Shown here one piece after another: positions 1-8,996 of a DNA stretch of 64,000 nucleotides (its first letter is position 1; each line of letters opens with the position of its first letter). Origin of the DNA: a virus. Under the pieces are notes generated by a model. It ran no database searches. It saw only the letters and a program-made list of their open reading frames with translations, and was not told where the DNA came from. The stretch spans positions 22,544 to 86,543 of the IMG/VR virus record IMGVR_UViG_3300034068_000286. One strand, written 5' to 3'. Position numbers and translations under genes: made by a program.

Positions 1-93
1 TTCTGCTAGGCTAGGGTGGTGTGGGCAACGGCCCTGTCTGTAATCACACTGTGGTGAATATGTCTTGCGGCATGTTGTGCAGTTAGTATTCAT
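1..93 (-). CDS. Partial small Cys/His-rich protein (runs off window)
   Basis: Manual translation MNTNCTTCRKTIHHSCDYRQGRCPHHP...; ATG 6 nt after a TACAAT -10 box (100-105) with TTGACT -35 (123-128). Confidence 0.55.
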   Translation of the reverse strand, partial: MNTNCTTCRKTYSPQCDYRQGRCPHHPSLAE

Positions 94-130
94 GTTACTA
101 TTGTAGCATACATGAATACTAAAGTCAATG

Positions 131-505
131 TTATCTTGCGCCGAAATCTTCCGCTTTGGCACCATCTGGCTTGGTATTAATACCAACGCCTACAAAGTCG
201 TCATCTGGTAATTCATCTGTAACAATCAGACATTCTTTATTGTCCAAGTGAACCAACTTTATTTTTTCACCGTCGTGTTCACATTCAAACTGACGGCTCC
301 AACGACCGTGTGCTACCAGTACATACTGTCCAGGCTGTACCCAATCGATACCTTCACCAACTAAGCGTACCTTGGCCCAGCGAGGACGAATGCCACGGTC
401 CTTGCCGTTTTCGCCTTGGATGATAATACCACTGGCAGTGACTCGTTGTTCGAGTCCCATAAGTTCTGCTAGTACACGTTCTTTTAAAGGTTTAATTATA
501 GGCAT
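131..505 (-). CDS. groES: Co-chaperonin GroES (Cpn10)-like
   Basis: IKPLKERVL...TASGIII...VGEG...V.PG..VL pattern of Cpn10. Confidence 0.85.
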   Translation of the reverse strand: MPIIKPLKERVLAELMGLEQRVTASGIIIQGENGKDRGIRPRWAKVRLVGEGIDWVQPGQYVLVAHGRWSRQFECEHDGEKIKLVHLDNKECLIVTDELPDDDFVGVGINTKPDGAKAEDFGAR

Positions 506-912
506 TAGATATCTTCTTTAGGAATAATTTCAAGGCTACCATCCGAGTATTCAACTTCTACGGCTGGTCCATTTTCGGTTTCAACGTCACGGGAAGCAAC
601 AATAGACAAGTCTTCGTTGAATGATTCCTGTGGAGTAACAACAGGTTCTTTGGCAGGTGCTGGTGCAGGTGGAGCAGAAATTTTATCATCTGCTTTTAAG
701 CTAACATGTTTGGATTCGCCGTTTTTAAGATCGGCAGCCATTCTTGAAATAGTTTGAGTTGGAATTTTTACATTACCTTTGGCATCAATAATGTCGCCAC
801 GGGCGTTCATTGATACATTGCCCACTACTTTGGTGTCACCATTTTTCTCTGCGAATGCACTCATGTTGAACTCACGTCCACGATGGGTCTTGTATCTTGA
901 ATTGGCACTCAT
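505..912 (-). CDS. Hypothetical phage protein
   Basis: 135 aa ORF coupled to neighbours. Confidence 0.7.
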   Translation of the reverse strand: MSANSRYKTHRGREFNMSAFAEKNGDTKVVGNVSMNARGDIIDAKGNVKIPTQTISRMAADLKNGESKHVSLKADDKISAPPAPAPAKEPVVTPQESFNEDLSIVASRDVETENGPAVEVEYSDGSLEIIPKEDI

Positions 913-1385
913 CTAATAAACTCCTTAATATCTAAATTATACTTAATCGAATCGACCTGGTGTAGTCCTGCCAAGAACAACAAATATGAGCTAACTGAGC
1001 TTCCTCGGCCGACTCCCCATAATATGTTGTTGTCTTGCATTACCTTGACTAGGTAAATCATAAATCTCAGCATGGGTTCTAACCCATGCTCTTCGAATAG
1101 TGCCAGTTCTTCAACTACTCGAACGGCTTGCTCATTGGTGCTTATCTTATTAGCAAAGTAAATGTCTAAGTCTAACTCCAAGTATTCTGTTGGCAAGTTC
1201 CATTGCTTGATTGCTTCTTCTGCGGACTCTGGCAAATTGGCAATTTTAAAAACTGTGTCTTGACCAAGTTCCTTACAACCTTCATTGTATACATCTAATA
1301 ATTCTGCAGGTGCAGTTAACATACCTGCTTTGCCCTGGTAAAGAAGTTCAACCAGGTCAGTCTCTGCTATGGTAGTCATTGGCAT
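909..1385 (-). CDS. Stand-alone fragment of DNA polymerase III alpha (DnaE)-like protein
   Basis: WGVGRGSSVSSYLLFLAGLHQVDSIKYNL matches the DnaE GRGS motif; start moved to ATG 1385, adjacent to upstream stop. Confidence 0.75.
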   Translation of the reverse strand: MPMTTIAETDLVELLYQGKAGMLTAPAELLDVYNEGCKELGQDTVFKIANLPESAEEAIKQWNLPTEYLELDLDIYFANKISTNEQAVRVVEELALFEEHGLEPMLRFMIYLVKVMQDNNILWGVGRGSSVSSYLLFLAGLHQVDSIKYNLDIKEFIR

Positions 1386-1386
1386 A

Positions 1387-1590
1387 TTAGACGATGCTGT
1401 CTTTAAATGGGTCACTGTCTTTACTTGCTTCAAAACTTTGTTTGTATCCTATTTCCCACATGGCATGCCTAATTGCATCCATGTGTCCTAGCATTTGATT
1501 CATAACTTCTTGGCTTGCACCACCACCATAGGCGGCATTGTAACGTTTGGTAATCATTCGTTGTTGTTCCATTAGCTCATCAAATGTCAT
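1387..1590 (-). CDS. Hypothetical protein
   Basis: Short ORF in operon; start uncertain (1590 or 1611). Confidence 0.55.
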   Translation of the reverse strand: MTFDELMEQQRMITKRYNAAYGGGASQEVMNQMLGHMDAIRHAMWEIGYKQSFEASKDSDPFKDSIV

Positions 1591-1627
1591 AGTATAATAT
1601 CTAGAATACATGATTTTCCCTTAAAAG

Positions 1628-1957
1628 TCAATTGGGGCTAAAACTACTGCCACATCCACATGTTGTTTCGGCGTGTGGATTTTCAATAATAAATCTGCTG
1701 CCTGATATGTCCTCTTTGAAGTCAATTACTGCTCCGCTGAGATATTGCATACTTAATGCGTCTATCAACAAGGTCTTTGCATCAACCAATGGAATTTCAA
1801 AATCATCTTCATTTTTAGCCTCATCAAGAGTGAAACCATATGACATACCTGAGCAACCACCACCTTGTACAAATGTGCGTACATGCAGGTTGGGATTGCT
1901 TTCTTCTGCAAGTAACTCTAGCACTCTTGCTTTTGCGCTTTCTGTAATGGTTAACAT
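1628..1957 (-). CDS. erpA: A-type Fe-S cluster carrier (ErpA/IscA, HesB family)
   Basis: GGGCSGMSY and C-terminal TCGCGSSF motifs. Confidence 0.92.
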   Translation of the reverse strand: MLTITESAKARVLELLAEESNPNLHVRTFVQGGGCSGMSYGFTLDEAKNEDDFEIPLVDAKTLLIDALSMQYLSGAVIDFKEDISGSRFIIENPHAETTCGCGSSFSPN

Positions 1958-1960
1958 AAT

Positions 1961-2242
1961 TTAGGACCTTATAATAATTTCTATTAGTTCTTCTTTTTTC
2001 TTCCTGGAATTAATAGTAATCCCATGGGCATAAGCATAAGCTAGTACCTCTTTCTTAGTTAGCTGATTTAGTGATTCAGCGTCATGCCTTAGCTCAACAA
2101 CCAGTGGCTTTTCCTGATCTTTTTTGATCTGTGTACCTAACCAAGACTTAATCTTTTCCACTAACACCTTCTCCAAAAAATAACTTAGCAAATACAGCGT
2201 CTTCTTTGTTTTCAAACAACAACCAACTTTGGCTCTCGTCAA
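1961..2242 (-). CDS. Hypothetical protein, C-terminal Rho-N/HeH-like motif; true start probably near 2165
   Basis: LNQLTKKEVLAYA...GI...KKKEELIE. Confidence 0.5.
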   Translation of the reverse strand: MTRAKVGCCLKTKKTLYLLSYFLEKVLVEKIKSWLGTQIKKDQEKPLVVELRHDAESLNQLTKKEVLAYAYAHGITINSRKKKEELIEIIIRS

Positions 2243-2423
2243 AACCCCAACCTGTCCATTCTTTTGTTAAGCCCAATGCTTGCTCTAGCACCAGTTGCGG
2301 AATGCCCTGTATGCTCTCCATGCCAGTTTGATTTACTACTGACACAGCCCAAGCCTTTTCAGGCTTGTACCCTTCAAGGAAGCTATACGTTTGATAAAAA
2401 TCTCTAACAGTAATAGATTTCAT
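2148..2423 (-). CDS. Hypothetical phage protein
   Basis: 91 aa ORF coupled to queD stop. Confidence 0.6.
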   Translation of the reverse strand: MKSITVRDFYQTYSFLEGYKPEKAWAVSVVNQTGMESIQGIPQLVLEQALGLTKEWTGWGFDESQSWLLFENKEDAVFAKLFFGEGVSGKD

Positions 2424-2926
2424 TAAGCAAACAAGTCTTCATTCCATTCACGATGACCTTCTGTAAAGGCCATGTTGCTTTGTGTCTCACGTACTTCTAC
2501 ACGATAGCACCATAAGCGAGCCGCTTCACCTGGTCCCCACATCTCTGGAATGTAAACTCCGTTAACATACTTATAAAGCATGTCACTAAGACCTTCACAT
2601 CCTAACTTGGGTAGTACAACTACCTTGGCCATGTTCCGCTCTTGTAACAGTTTGTATGTGGCCATCTCTGGATCATCTGCCGCTACAATAAGTGTATGAT
2701 CAAACTGGTCTTCTAGGATTTTCTTTAGTTCTTTTAAGCCGCCATAGTCTGCCGCCCAATTGCGGACATCTAAGTCGTTGGTGCCAAAGTAGAACTTCAT
2801 ACTAAATGAATATCCATGAATTAAATTACAATGGCTATCGGCCCTCCACTGTCTGTACGCACATGGAAAGGCGTCGTGATACTCTTTAGTACTTGTGTAC
2901 TTGTATGTTACTGGTTGGAATGACAT
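2423..2926 (-). CDS. queD: 6-carboxytetrahydropterin synthase QueD / PTPS
   Basis: HCNLIHGY, FDH and VEVRET motifs; AGGAG RBS. Confidence 0.9.
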   Translation of the reverse strand: MSFQPVTYKYTSTKEYHDAFPCAYRQWRADSHCNLIHGYSFSMKFYFGTNDLDVRNWAADYGGLKELKKILEDQFDHTLIVAADDPEMATYKLLQERNMAKVVVLPKLGCEGLSDMLYKYVNGVYIPEMWGPGEAARLWCYRVEVRETQSNMAFTEGHREWNEDLFA

Positions 2927-3000
2927 GCTTTTCTCCTATGTTAATTATAGCATAGGCTTGCAGAATTTGTAAAGCGGGATGAATGCCGGAAAGGCCGCTG
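2927..3000 (-). promoter_or_regulatory. Structured 5' leader of queD (riboswitch-like candidate)
   Basis: AGCGG/CCGCU stem plus CCUAUG/CAUAGG hairpin covering the RBS; TAAATA box at 3005-3010. Confidence 0.45.
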
Positions 3001-3018
3001 TTGATATTTATTGTAATG

Positions 3019-3603
3019 TTAGCGTGTTTGTAGTTCGTTAATACCTAATGCTTTGAAAGAACGTTGAACACCAACCAACTGACTCCAGCAGTCCCATAGC
3101 GCATGATGCGCGGCGCCTTGTGGCCGTTGCAGTCCAGGAACCAGTGCGTACAGTGTGCGAGCGTCACGGGCTTGCCAGTACTGCCAGGCCACACCACGTT
3201 TTAGTTCTCGACTAAAGTGTTCCAAGATGTTTAAGTCAAAGCCTGTACCATTGGCCCAGATAGCATCAACGCCGCCACACCACCGATGAAAGTCTTTGAG
3301 CACGTTACGGATGTCATGGCGATCATGTTCGTTAAAAGCTTCACCGCGTACTTCTTCACTTTGTTTGCCCCACCATGCTAGTGTATCGTCATCAATAACA
3401 TGGTCAAGACCTTCAAAGCTTTCAAAGCTAACACGACGGTAAAATGTATCCATCTTCTCCATTGGGTTGTCAGTATCATCAGCCCAAGGATTAAAACGAA
3501 TTGCGCCAATAGTTAGCATTAAACTGTTTGGCTTTGTTCCTAGCGTTTCCAAGTCAACCATGATGTGATTACCTGGTCGATCAAAATTATATACTTTATT
3601 CAT
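3019..3603 (-). CDS. DEDDh 3'-5' exonuclease (Rv2179c/exonuclease VIII-like)
   Basis: MVDLETLG, WANG..FD, RDART, HHALWD motifs. Confidence 0.88.
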   Translation of the reverse strand: MNKVYNFDRPGNHIMVDLETLGTKPNSLMLTIGAIRFNPWADDTDNPMEKMDTFYRRVSFESFEGLDHVIDDDTLAWWGKQSEEVRGEAFNEHDRHDIRNVLKDFHRWCGGVDAIWANGTGFDLNILEHFSRELKRGVAWQYWQARDARTLYALVPGLQRPQGAAHHALWDCWSQLVGVQRSFKALGINELQTR

Positions 3604-3784
3604 TGTTATCGGTAACTTTCTGTTTGCTCAAAGTAAACGAACCGTTTTGATTATCTTTCCACAATATGATGTCACCAAAGTCCCATCCTACCTGTGCCAA
3701 CATGTCAGGCGAAAAGGGAATGACCAGTTCTTTAGTTTCTGGATCTTCCTCAACTGTAACAGTCCAGCGTTTGTTTTCTGTCAT
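3596..3784 (-). CDS. Small AbrB/MazE-like fold protein
   Basis: LVIPFSPDMLAQVGWDFGD pattern. Confidence 0.55.
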   Translation of the reverse strand: MTENKRWTVTVEEDPETKELVIPFSPDMLAQVGWDFGDIILWKDNQNGSFTLSKQKVTDNNE

Positions 3785-4002
3785 TTTATTGTGTTTCCGT
3801 GATAGTCTTTAATTGAAAGCATGTCTGGCACCTTTGATGCTAATCGTGTTAATTCGTTTTGGCTTGGATGGTGGCGCATGATCCATCGAGCACGTTCTCG
3901 CACATCACCTGGTACTCGTGGAGTAACTTGTGGAATCAACAAGTCCTCAATTAGCTTTAGGCCTTCTACCATGGCGCGGTAGCGTTCATCTGGCATAGTC
4001 AT
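3781..4002 (-). CDS. Hypothetical protein (BPSL0761-like)
   Basis: MTMPDERYRA...TPRVP..VRERA...RHHP. Confidence 0.6.
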   Translation of the reverse strand: MTMPDERYRAMVEGLKLIEDLLIPQVTPRVPGDVRERARWIMRHHPSQNELTRLASKVPDMLSIKDYHGNTIK

Positions 4003-4172
4003 AGTTCACCTCTCATTTCCGGCACGTTGGGCCTATTGGTACAGTATTCGCATGTTGGATCATCACATTTATCTTCTAACCATTTATTACAAGATTTGCA
4101 ATAGTAAGCGTCATACTCTTGCGAGTAAGATTTTTTATTCTCACAATCACAATAGTTTAGGTTCAAGTCCAC
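3999..4172 (-). CDS. Small Cys-rich zinc-finger protein (not in ORF track)
   Basis: GTG start; YCDCEN...YYCKSCNKWLEDKCDDPTCEYC; fills the gap and overlaps both neighbours. Confidence 0.6.
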   Translation of the reverse strand: MDLNLNYCDCENKKSYSQEYDAYYCKSCNKWLEDKCDDPTCEYCTNRPNVPEMRGEL

Positions 4173-5002
4173 AACGAGTCTCTTGCTTTAATCAGTCGTA
4201 TCATCATTGCTTCATCTTCTTTTTCGTAGGCAGCTTCTATCTTTTGTAATTCTTTATGAGCTAGCTTACTGGCTTTTTTAAGCTCAGGTGTTTTATCTGT
4301 ACCCCAATTTAGTTTGCCACCATTTGCTAAACGACTAAGTTCGCAATAAGCAGTCCAACCACTGGCATCATGTGGATCGGGGCGGTTGGGATATACAGTG
4401 GTCCACCATGTGTAAAGCTCTTTTATTTCTTTTGCACGGATAGCTTGCAATGTAGGCTTGCCGTAGTCGGGGTGCTCCGGACCACACCAGTCACTGTTGG
4501 TTAGTGACATAGCCCAGTCTAGATGATCTAATCCTGCTTGCGGACAACGCCAAGTTCTCCAACGCCACCAACCACTTGCATAGAATGGAGGATTGTACTT
4601 TACACGGTCTTTCTCGTCGCCCCAAGCAATGTGGCTCCATGCCGTTTCTATCTCGACAAAGTCCACAAGCTCATTGAATAAACAAGGCAAAAAGCGATTA
4701 CCCACATCCTGCCACTGACCAGGTTTGATGTCTTTGGCATGAGCAGTAAGAGCATGAGTGCGAGTAATCCAACGGTTGTTAATGTAGTATTTGATGTCAT
4801 ATAAAGTCCTTGCAGGCCAAGTAACGAAATCTTGGATATAGCCTAGCCCTTCTTCTGCTAGCCAGTAGCGAAAATTGTGTTTCATCTGTGCGGCAGTGTT
4901 CCATTCATCCCATTCCTCGCTGGTACCGGCACTGAGTTTTTTAGTGCCGCGAACCCAATCTGCAAAAGGTGTGCATGACCAGTAACGTGTATGATGTGCC
5001 AT
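4163..5002 (-). CDS. Trp-rich hypothetical phage protein
   Basis: 279 aa ORF. Confidence 0.75.
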   Translation of the reverse strand: MAHHTRYWSCTPFADWVRGTKKLSAGTSEEWDEWNTAAQMKHNFRYWLAEEGLGYIQDFVTWPARTLYDIKYYINNRWITRTHALTAHAKDIKPGQWQDVGNRFLPCLFNELVDFVEIETAWSHIAWGDEKDRVKYNPPFYASGWWRWRTWRCPQAGLDHLDWAMSLTNSDWCGPEHPDYGKPTLQAIRAKEIKELYTWWTTVYPNRPDPHDASGWTAYCELSRLANGGKLNWGTDKTPELKKASKLAHKELQKIEAAYEKEDEAMMIRLIKARDSLWT

Positions 5003-5506
5003 TTATTCTTCAACCTTGTTAATTGTAACACCTGCCTGCTTCAAAAAAGCAATGCCTGCTTCACTTCTATAATTATCCCGATAAAACACTTGTTTGATAC
5101 CACTTTGGTATATCAGCTTGGCACATTCAATACAAGGTGCATGTGTAACAAATAGCACAGCATTTTCTGCAGACTCTGGACTACGTGCTACCTTGGCAAT
5201 AGCATTTGCTTCTGCGTGAAGTACTTCTGGTTTGGTCACAGTTTTTGCCCAACCTGCTGTATCCTTGTCTACTCCAAAAGTATAACCTTCTGCTATCATG
5301 CTGTCATGGTCTTTGGCATTAGACTCTGTAATAAACACAATATCTTCACAGTTGTTGTCCCAACCGCTGGGCATGCCGTTGTAACCAATACTGATAATCC
5401 TGTCCTCTTTTACAATAAGGGCACCAACTTGCAGGCGTCTGGCAGTACTGAGTCTAGCATAGGTGCCAGCCACTTCCATGTGTGCTTTGATGTATTTTGG
5501 TTTCAT
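5003..5506 (-). CDS. dCMP deaminase
   Basis: GYNG, HAEANA, PCIEC zinc motifs. Confidence 0.93.
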   Translation of the reverse strand: MKPKYIKAHMEVAGTYARLSTARRLQVGALIVKEDRIISIGYNGMPSGWDNNCEDIVFITESNAKDHDSMIAEGYTFGVDKDTAGWAKTVTKPEVLHAEANAIAKVARSPESAENAVLFVTHAPCIECAKLIYQSGIKQVFYRDNYRSEAGIAFLKQAGVTINKVEE

Positions 5507-5540
5507 AGTATAAGTATAACATCAAAGTAGAAAGAAGTCA

Positions 5541-6134
5541 ATGAAAATAATTTTTATTCACGGTGCCAATGCATCCAAAACATCTTGGAATTGGGTTGGT
5601 TCTCAGGTAGAAAATCATGACAGATTTGAGTGGGGCATGATGACTGATCCTGAAAAGAACCTTGAATCAATGGAAGCAAAGTTAACCGAACCTTGCTTTA
5701 TTGTGGGACACAGCATGGGCGGTTTGTATGCTTGGCACTTGGCTAATCGTAATCCTGACCTGGTGGTTGGTGGTATGAGCATTGGTACGCCGTTTGGTGG
5801 ATCTATACAAGCAGGACTTTGGCAAATGTTCAACATCAATGTACCTTGGTTGCAAATGTTAGCAAGACACGAACCATGGACTGCTCAAACAAGGTTACTT
5901 GATACACCTGTGGCCTGGACCAATGTAGTAACTACACATGGATTTGATTTGTTTGCTGTTGGTAAAAACGATGGTGTGGTCACTGTAGCAAGTCAAAGAG
6001 AATTGGGCGGTGAGCATAAAGAAATAACTCTAGACTATGGTCACAATGAAGTGCTACAAAGTCTAGAGTTAGCGTCTACCATACTAGATGTTTCTAGTCG
6101 TTGTTTCTCCCGCCAAACAAATTTAGTAAGTTAA
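5541..6134 (+). CDS. Alpha/beta hydrolase (lipase/esterase-like)
   Basis: FIHG, GHSMGG nucleophile elbow, NDGVV, GH. Confidence 0.85.
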   Translation: MKIIFIHGANASKTSWNWVGSQVENHDRFEWGMMTDPEKNLESMEAKLTEPCFIVGHSMGGLYAWHLANRNPDLVVGGMSIGTPFGGSIQAGLWQMFNINVPWLQMLARHEPWTAQTRLLDTPVAWTNVVTTHGFDLFAVGKNDGVVTVASQRELGGEHKEITLDYGHNEVLQSLELASTILDVSSRCFSRQTNLVS

Positions 6135-6795
6135 GAAAGATATTGATAAAGTCCATGTAAAGTGTCAAGGCACCACGGATTTCTGCAATACCATCATTCT
6201 CTACACTAACTTCTTCTCGGATCTGTTGCGTATCATAAGCAGTCAAGCCAAGGAAGATGATAATAGCCAATGCTGAGATTACCATTTGCATTACTGTACT
6301 GCCAATAAAGATATTAACAATGCTGGCAATAACAATAGCAATCAATCCCACAAACATAAATTTACCTAAGCTATCTAAACTACGTTTGGTAAAGTATCCG
6401 TAGCCACTCATGACACCAAACAAGACTGCGGCAGCCATAAACGCACTTACAATACTACCCATGGTAAAAATAGCAAAGATAGTAGCAAAGCTCAGGCCCA
6501 TTAATGCCGCAAAGCCATGTAAGCATAATTGAGCTGTACTCTTAGTAGGGCTTGCATTTAGTACAATGGTGACACCAAAGATTGCTACCAAGGGTGAAAA
6601 GATTACAATCCATTTCATCCAGCCTGTAAAAAAGAAGGCCAATAACTCTGGGCTAGATCCTACAAAGTAACTGACAATCATTGATACAATGACAGCAAGA
6701 CTCATGTGTCCATAAACACGACCCATGGCCGAATTGATTTCTTCTGCTGAACGGTAAGGCACATACTGGTTACCGGTATAAGTTGTTCCAAACAT
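6094..6795 (-). CDS. Bax inhibitor-1/YccA family membrane protein
   Basis: About 7 TM helices, AYDTQ and ALTLYMDFINIFL motifs. Confidence 0.92.
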   Translation of the reverse strand: MFGTTYTGNQYVPYRSAEEINSAMGRVYGHMSLAVIVSMIVSYFVGSSPELLAFFFTGWMKWIVIFSPLVAIFGVTIVLNASPTKSTAQLCLHGFAALMGLSFATIFAIFTMGSIVSAFMAAAVLFGVMSGYGYFTKRSLDSLGKFMFVGLIAIVIASIVNIFIGSTVMQMVISALAIIIFLGLTAYDTQQIREEVSVENDGIAEIRGALTLYMDFINIFLNLLNLFGGRNND

Positions 6796-6807
6796 TGTTT
6801 TCTCCTT

Positions 6808-7140
6808 TTAAACAATAACTGATTTCTCTCTTGCATATTTAAACAAATTCGTGCCCTTCTCTCTGACCGAATCTGCTACCACTTGCGGTGAGTCTGTCCA
6901 CATCTCACGCATGTTTTCATATGTATAATCTTCTTCTGTATCATATGCCCATACTTCTGGAAAGCGTTGGTGGTTGGCCTTAGCTCTCATGATCATCATG
7001 TTAACACGTTGACCAACATGGTCCTTGGGTTTCCGGCCCGACAGCACAGCCAGCATGTCATCACCTTTAAGGTCATCCCAAGGTATCAAGGTATCAACAC
7101 CCAAGGTGTCAAAAAGTACAACCCATTGCTTAGCCATCAT
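6808..7140 (-). CDS. Hypothetical protein
   Basis: ORF with AGGAG RBS before ATG 7140. Confidence 0.65.
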   Translation of the reverse strand: MMAKQWVVLFDTLGVDTLIPWDDLKGDDMLAVLSGRKPKDHVGQRVNMMIMRAKANHQRFPEVWAYDTEEDYTYENMREMWTDSPQVVADSVREKGTNLFKYAREKSVIV

Positions 7141-7324
7141 TCTCTCCTGTTTCAAGAACATGCATGGCATGTTTCATGTTATCAAAGTTTGATTCACATG
7201 CCCGCATCAAGGTTTGTCCTGAGTGTTCATCATAAACACTGACCATTGGAATACTATCTGGTCCTTTGATTAAAAGTAACTGCCGAGAATCATAGCTGGC
7301 AATTTGAGCAACATTATAAAACAT
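7130..7324 (-). CDS. Hypothetical protein
   Basis: 64 aa coupled ORF. Confidence 0.55.
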   Translation of the reverse strand: MFYNVAQIASYDSRQLLLIKGPDSIPMVSVYDEHSGQTLMRACESNFDNMKHAMHVLETGENDG

Positions 7325-7613
7325 TAGGAGTCTCCTCTGCTTCTATAAGAATACCACGTCGGTTGGGATAACGTATCCCAAAGTTTTTGTTTAGTTCTTC
7401 CATGGTTGTACCTTGGCATATGAATTCATCAGTTGTTGCATCATAAGCAAATATCTTATCACCATGTTTTTCTACTCGCATGAAAAGTATTTTGTTGAGT
7501 ATATTATGAACGTCTTTTTCTACTTCTCTTAAATTGCGCTCAACTTTGCGGAACCACAGCCAAACACCAATGAGCACGGCCCAGCAAATAATAATCCAAA
7601 ACCAGTCGTCCAT
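7314..7613 (-). CDS. Hypothetical membrane-anchored protein
   Basis: N-terminal TM helix. Confidence 0.65.
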   Translation of the reverse strand: MDDWFWIIICWAVLIGVWLWFRKVERNLREVEKDVHNILNKILFMRVEKHGDKIFAYDATTDEFICQGTTMEELNKNFGIRYPNRRGILIEAEETPNVL

Positions 7614-7888
7614 TATACAGCCCGCACACTGATCACATTGTCAACACGGAAGCTACGCCATTGTTGTTTGTCTGTACAAAACACACTCATAACTTCTAGC
7701 TTGGGTTCTTTCTTTTTCTTACCTTCAACTATTTCCACATGCGGTAGCAATGCAGTTTGCAAAGTACAAGGCATAGTACGAACCTCACCATCCACCTTGG
7801 TAAAGGTAACTTCTACAATACCAGTGTTAAGTTGTTCACTGAGAACTAGTCTACGCTGTTCTAGTGTTTCTTTATCAAATTGAATCAT
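7613..7888 (-). CDS. WYL_2/SH3-like beta-barrel phage protein
   Basis: VTFTKVDGEVRTMPCTL...WRSFRVDNV. Confidence 0.75.
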   Translation of the reverse strand: MIQFDKETLEQRRLVLSEQLNTGIVEVTFTKVDGEVRTMPCTLQTALLPHVEIVEGKKKKEPKLEVMSVFCTDKQQWRSFRVDNVISVRAV

Positions 7889-7901
7889 TCCGGTTACCTT
7901 A

Positions 7902-8369
7902 TCAATTAAATTTAAAATCAGTTGAGTCAAAAATATCTAAGGCTTTGTCTCTTCCAAACTTTTCCATTACTCTAATGCTACACCAGGCTCCTGCAAGGTG
8001 TTCTGTCGGTGCGCCCAATGGACATATACCACTACTTGATGCGCTATATGACTTGCCAGCATTATCAACCTCAATGTCTAAATTTTCAATAATGTCATTA
8101 ATCATGTTTTCTAAATCATTGAATTTAATTTTGAACAGTTCTCGTTGACCATAATTTCCTATAGCGCAATATTCCAGCTTCCTTTTAAGAGTATCTTCGA
8201 GAGTTTTGATATCTCTACCTCTGCCAAAATATACTTTGTCAAGCTCAAATCGTTTAGCTAAAAATCGTTGCCGCAATCTTACAGCTGAATATGGTGTTAT
8301 GGAAATTCCTATTTTCCATACATCTGCCTGTCCAGATAACTCTTTATGAATATAAAAAAAGTTAGACAT
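7902..8369 (-). CDS. GIY-YIG/T5orf172-like protein
   Basis: FYI...WKIGIS...R...LE...RELF pattern. Confidence 0.5.
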   Translation of the reverse strand: MSNFFYIHKELSGQADVWKIGISITPYSAVRLRQRFLAKRFELDKVYFGRGRDIKTLEDTLKRKLEYCAIGNYGQRELFKIKFNDLENMINDIIENLDIEVDNAGKSYSASSSGICPLGAPTEHLAGAWCSIRVMEKFGRDKALDIFDSTDFKFN

Positions 8370-8688
8370 TTTGTTCCTTTACAATATTATATAATACATC
8401 AAATTCTTTTTTGGCTTCTGCTAGGTTTGGATACTTGGCGCAAAGTTCTTTGATGGCAAGTTCTTCGGCTTTCATGTTTTCAAACCAAATAATCATCTCT
8501 CGTAGCTTGGGTCCAACATTGATGTTGGCTGACCCCTGTGGCACAGACTGTGCGTTTCCATTTACATCAATAATTTTATATTGACGAGTGTTGGCGTCCC
8601 AATAAAATGCGCCACTTGTGTATGCCCCGTTGTTGAAAGACGATACTTCAAGGATGCTTGGATCTGAACTTATAATGTAATCAATCAT
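8362..8688 (-). CDS. Hypothetical phage protein
   Basis: 108 aa coupled ORF. Confidence 0.65.
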   Translation of the reverse strand: MIDYIISSDPSILEVSSFNNGAYTSGAFYWDANTRQYKIIDVNGNAQSVPQGSANINVGPKLREMIIWFENMKAEELAIKELCAKYPNLAEAKKEFDVLYNIVKEQNV

Positions 8689-8996
8689 CGTATTTGAGTT
8701 AGTTTAAAATGTCTTTCATCGATAAGGCTTTTAACAAACTCTAGTAGTTGCTCAGCTGTCCACCCATTGTCAAGCCATTCAGTTTCCCACTCGTCTATTT
8801 TCCAAAGCATCTCTTTATTTTGAATTTTGATAATGTTTTCTAGTCGCTCAACATGTGTACGTGCCCCTTTAAACAAATACGCAAATTGTGCTACATCTCC
8901 CCATGCGCCAGTGTAATCTTTTTCTCGTCGATTATAATCGCTTGTGATACCAAATCCAGTTCTAAACGGCCCAGGCAAAATGTAGAAGTAACTCAT
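8685..8996 (-). CDS. GIY-YIG/T5orf172-like protein
   Basis: YFYI...GFGIT....R...Y...LE...TEW pattern. Confidence 0.5.
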   Translation of the reverse strand: MSYFYILPGPFRTGFGITSDYNRREKDYTGAWGDVAQFAYLFKGARTHVERLENIIKIQNKEMLWKIDEWETEWLDNGWTAEQLLEFVKSLIDERHFKLTQIR

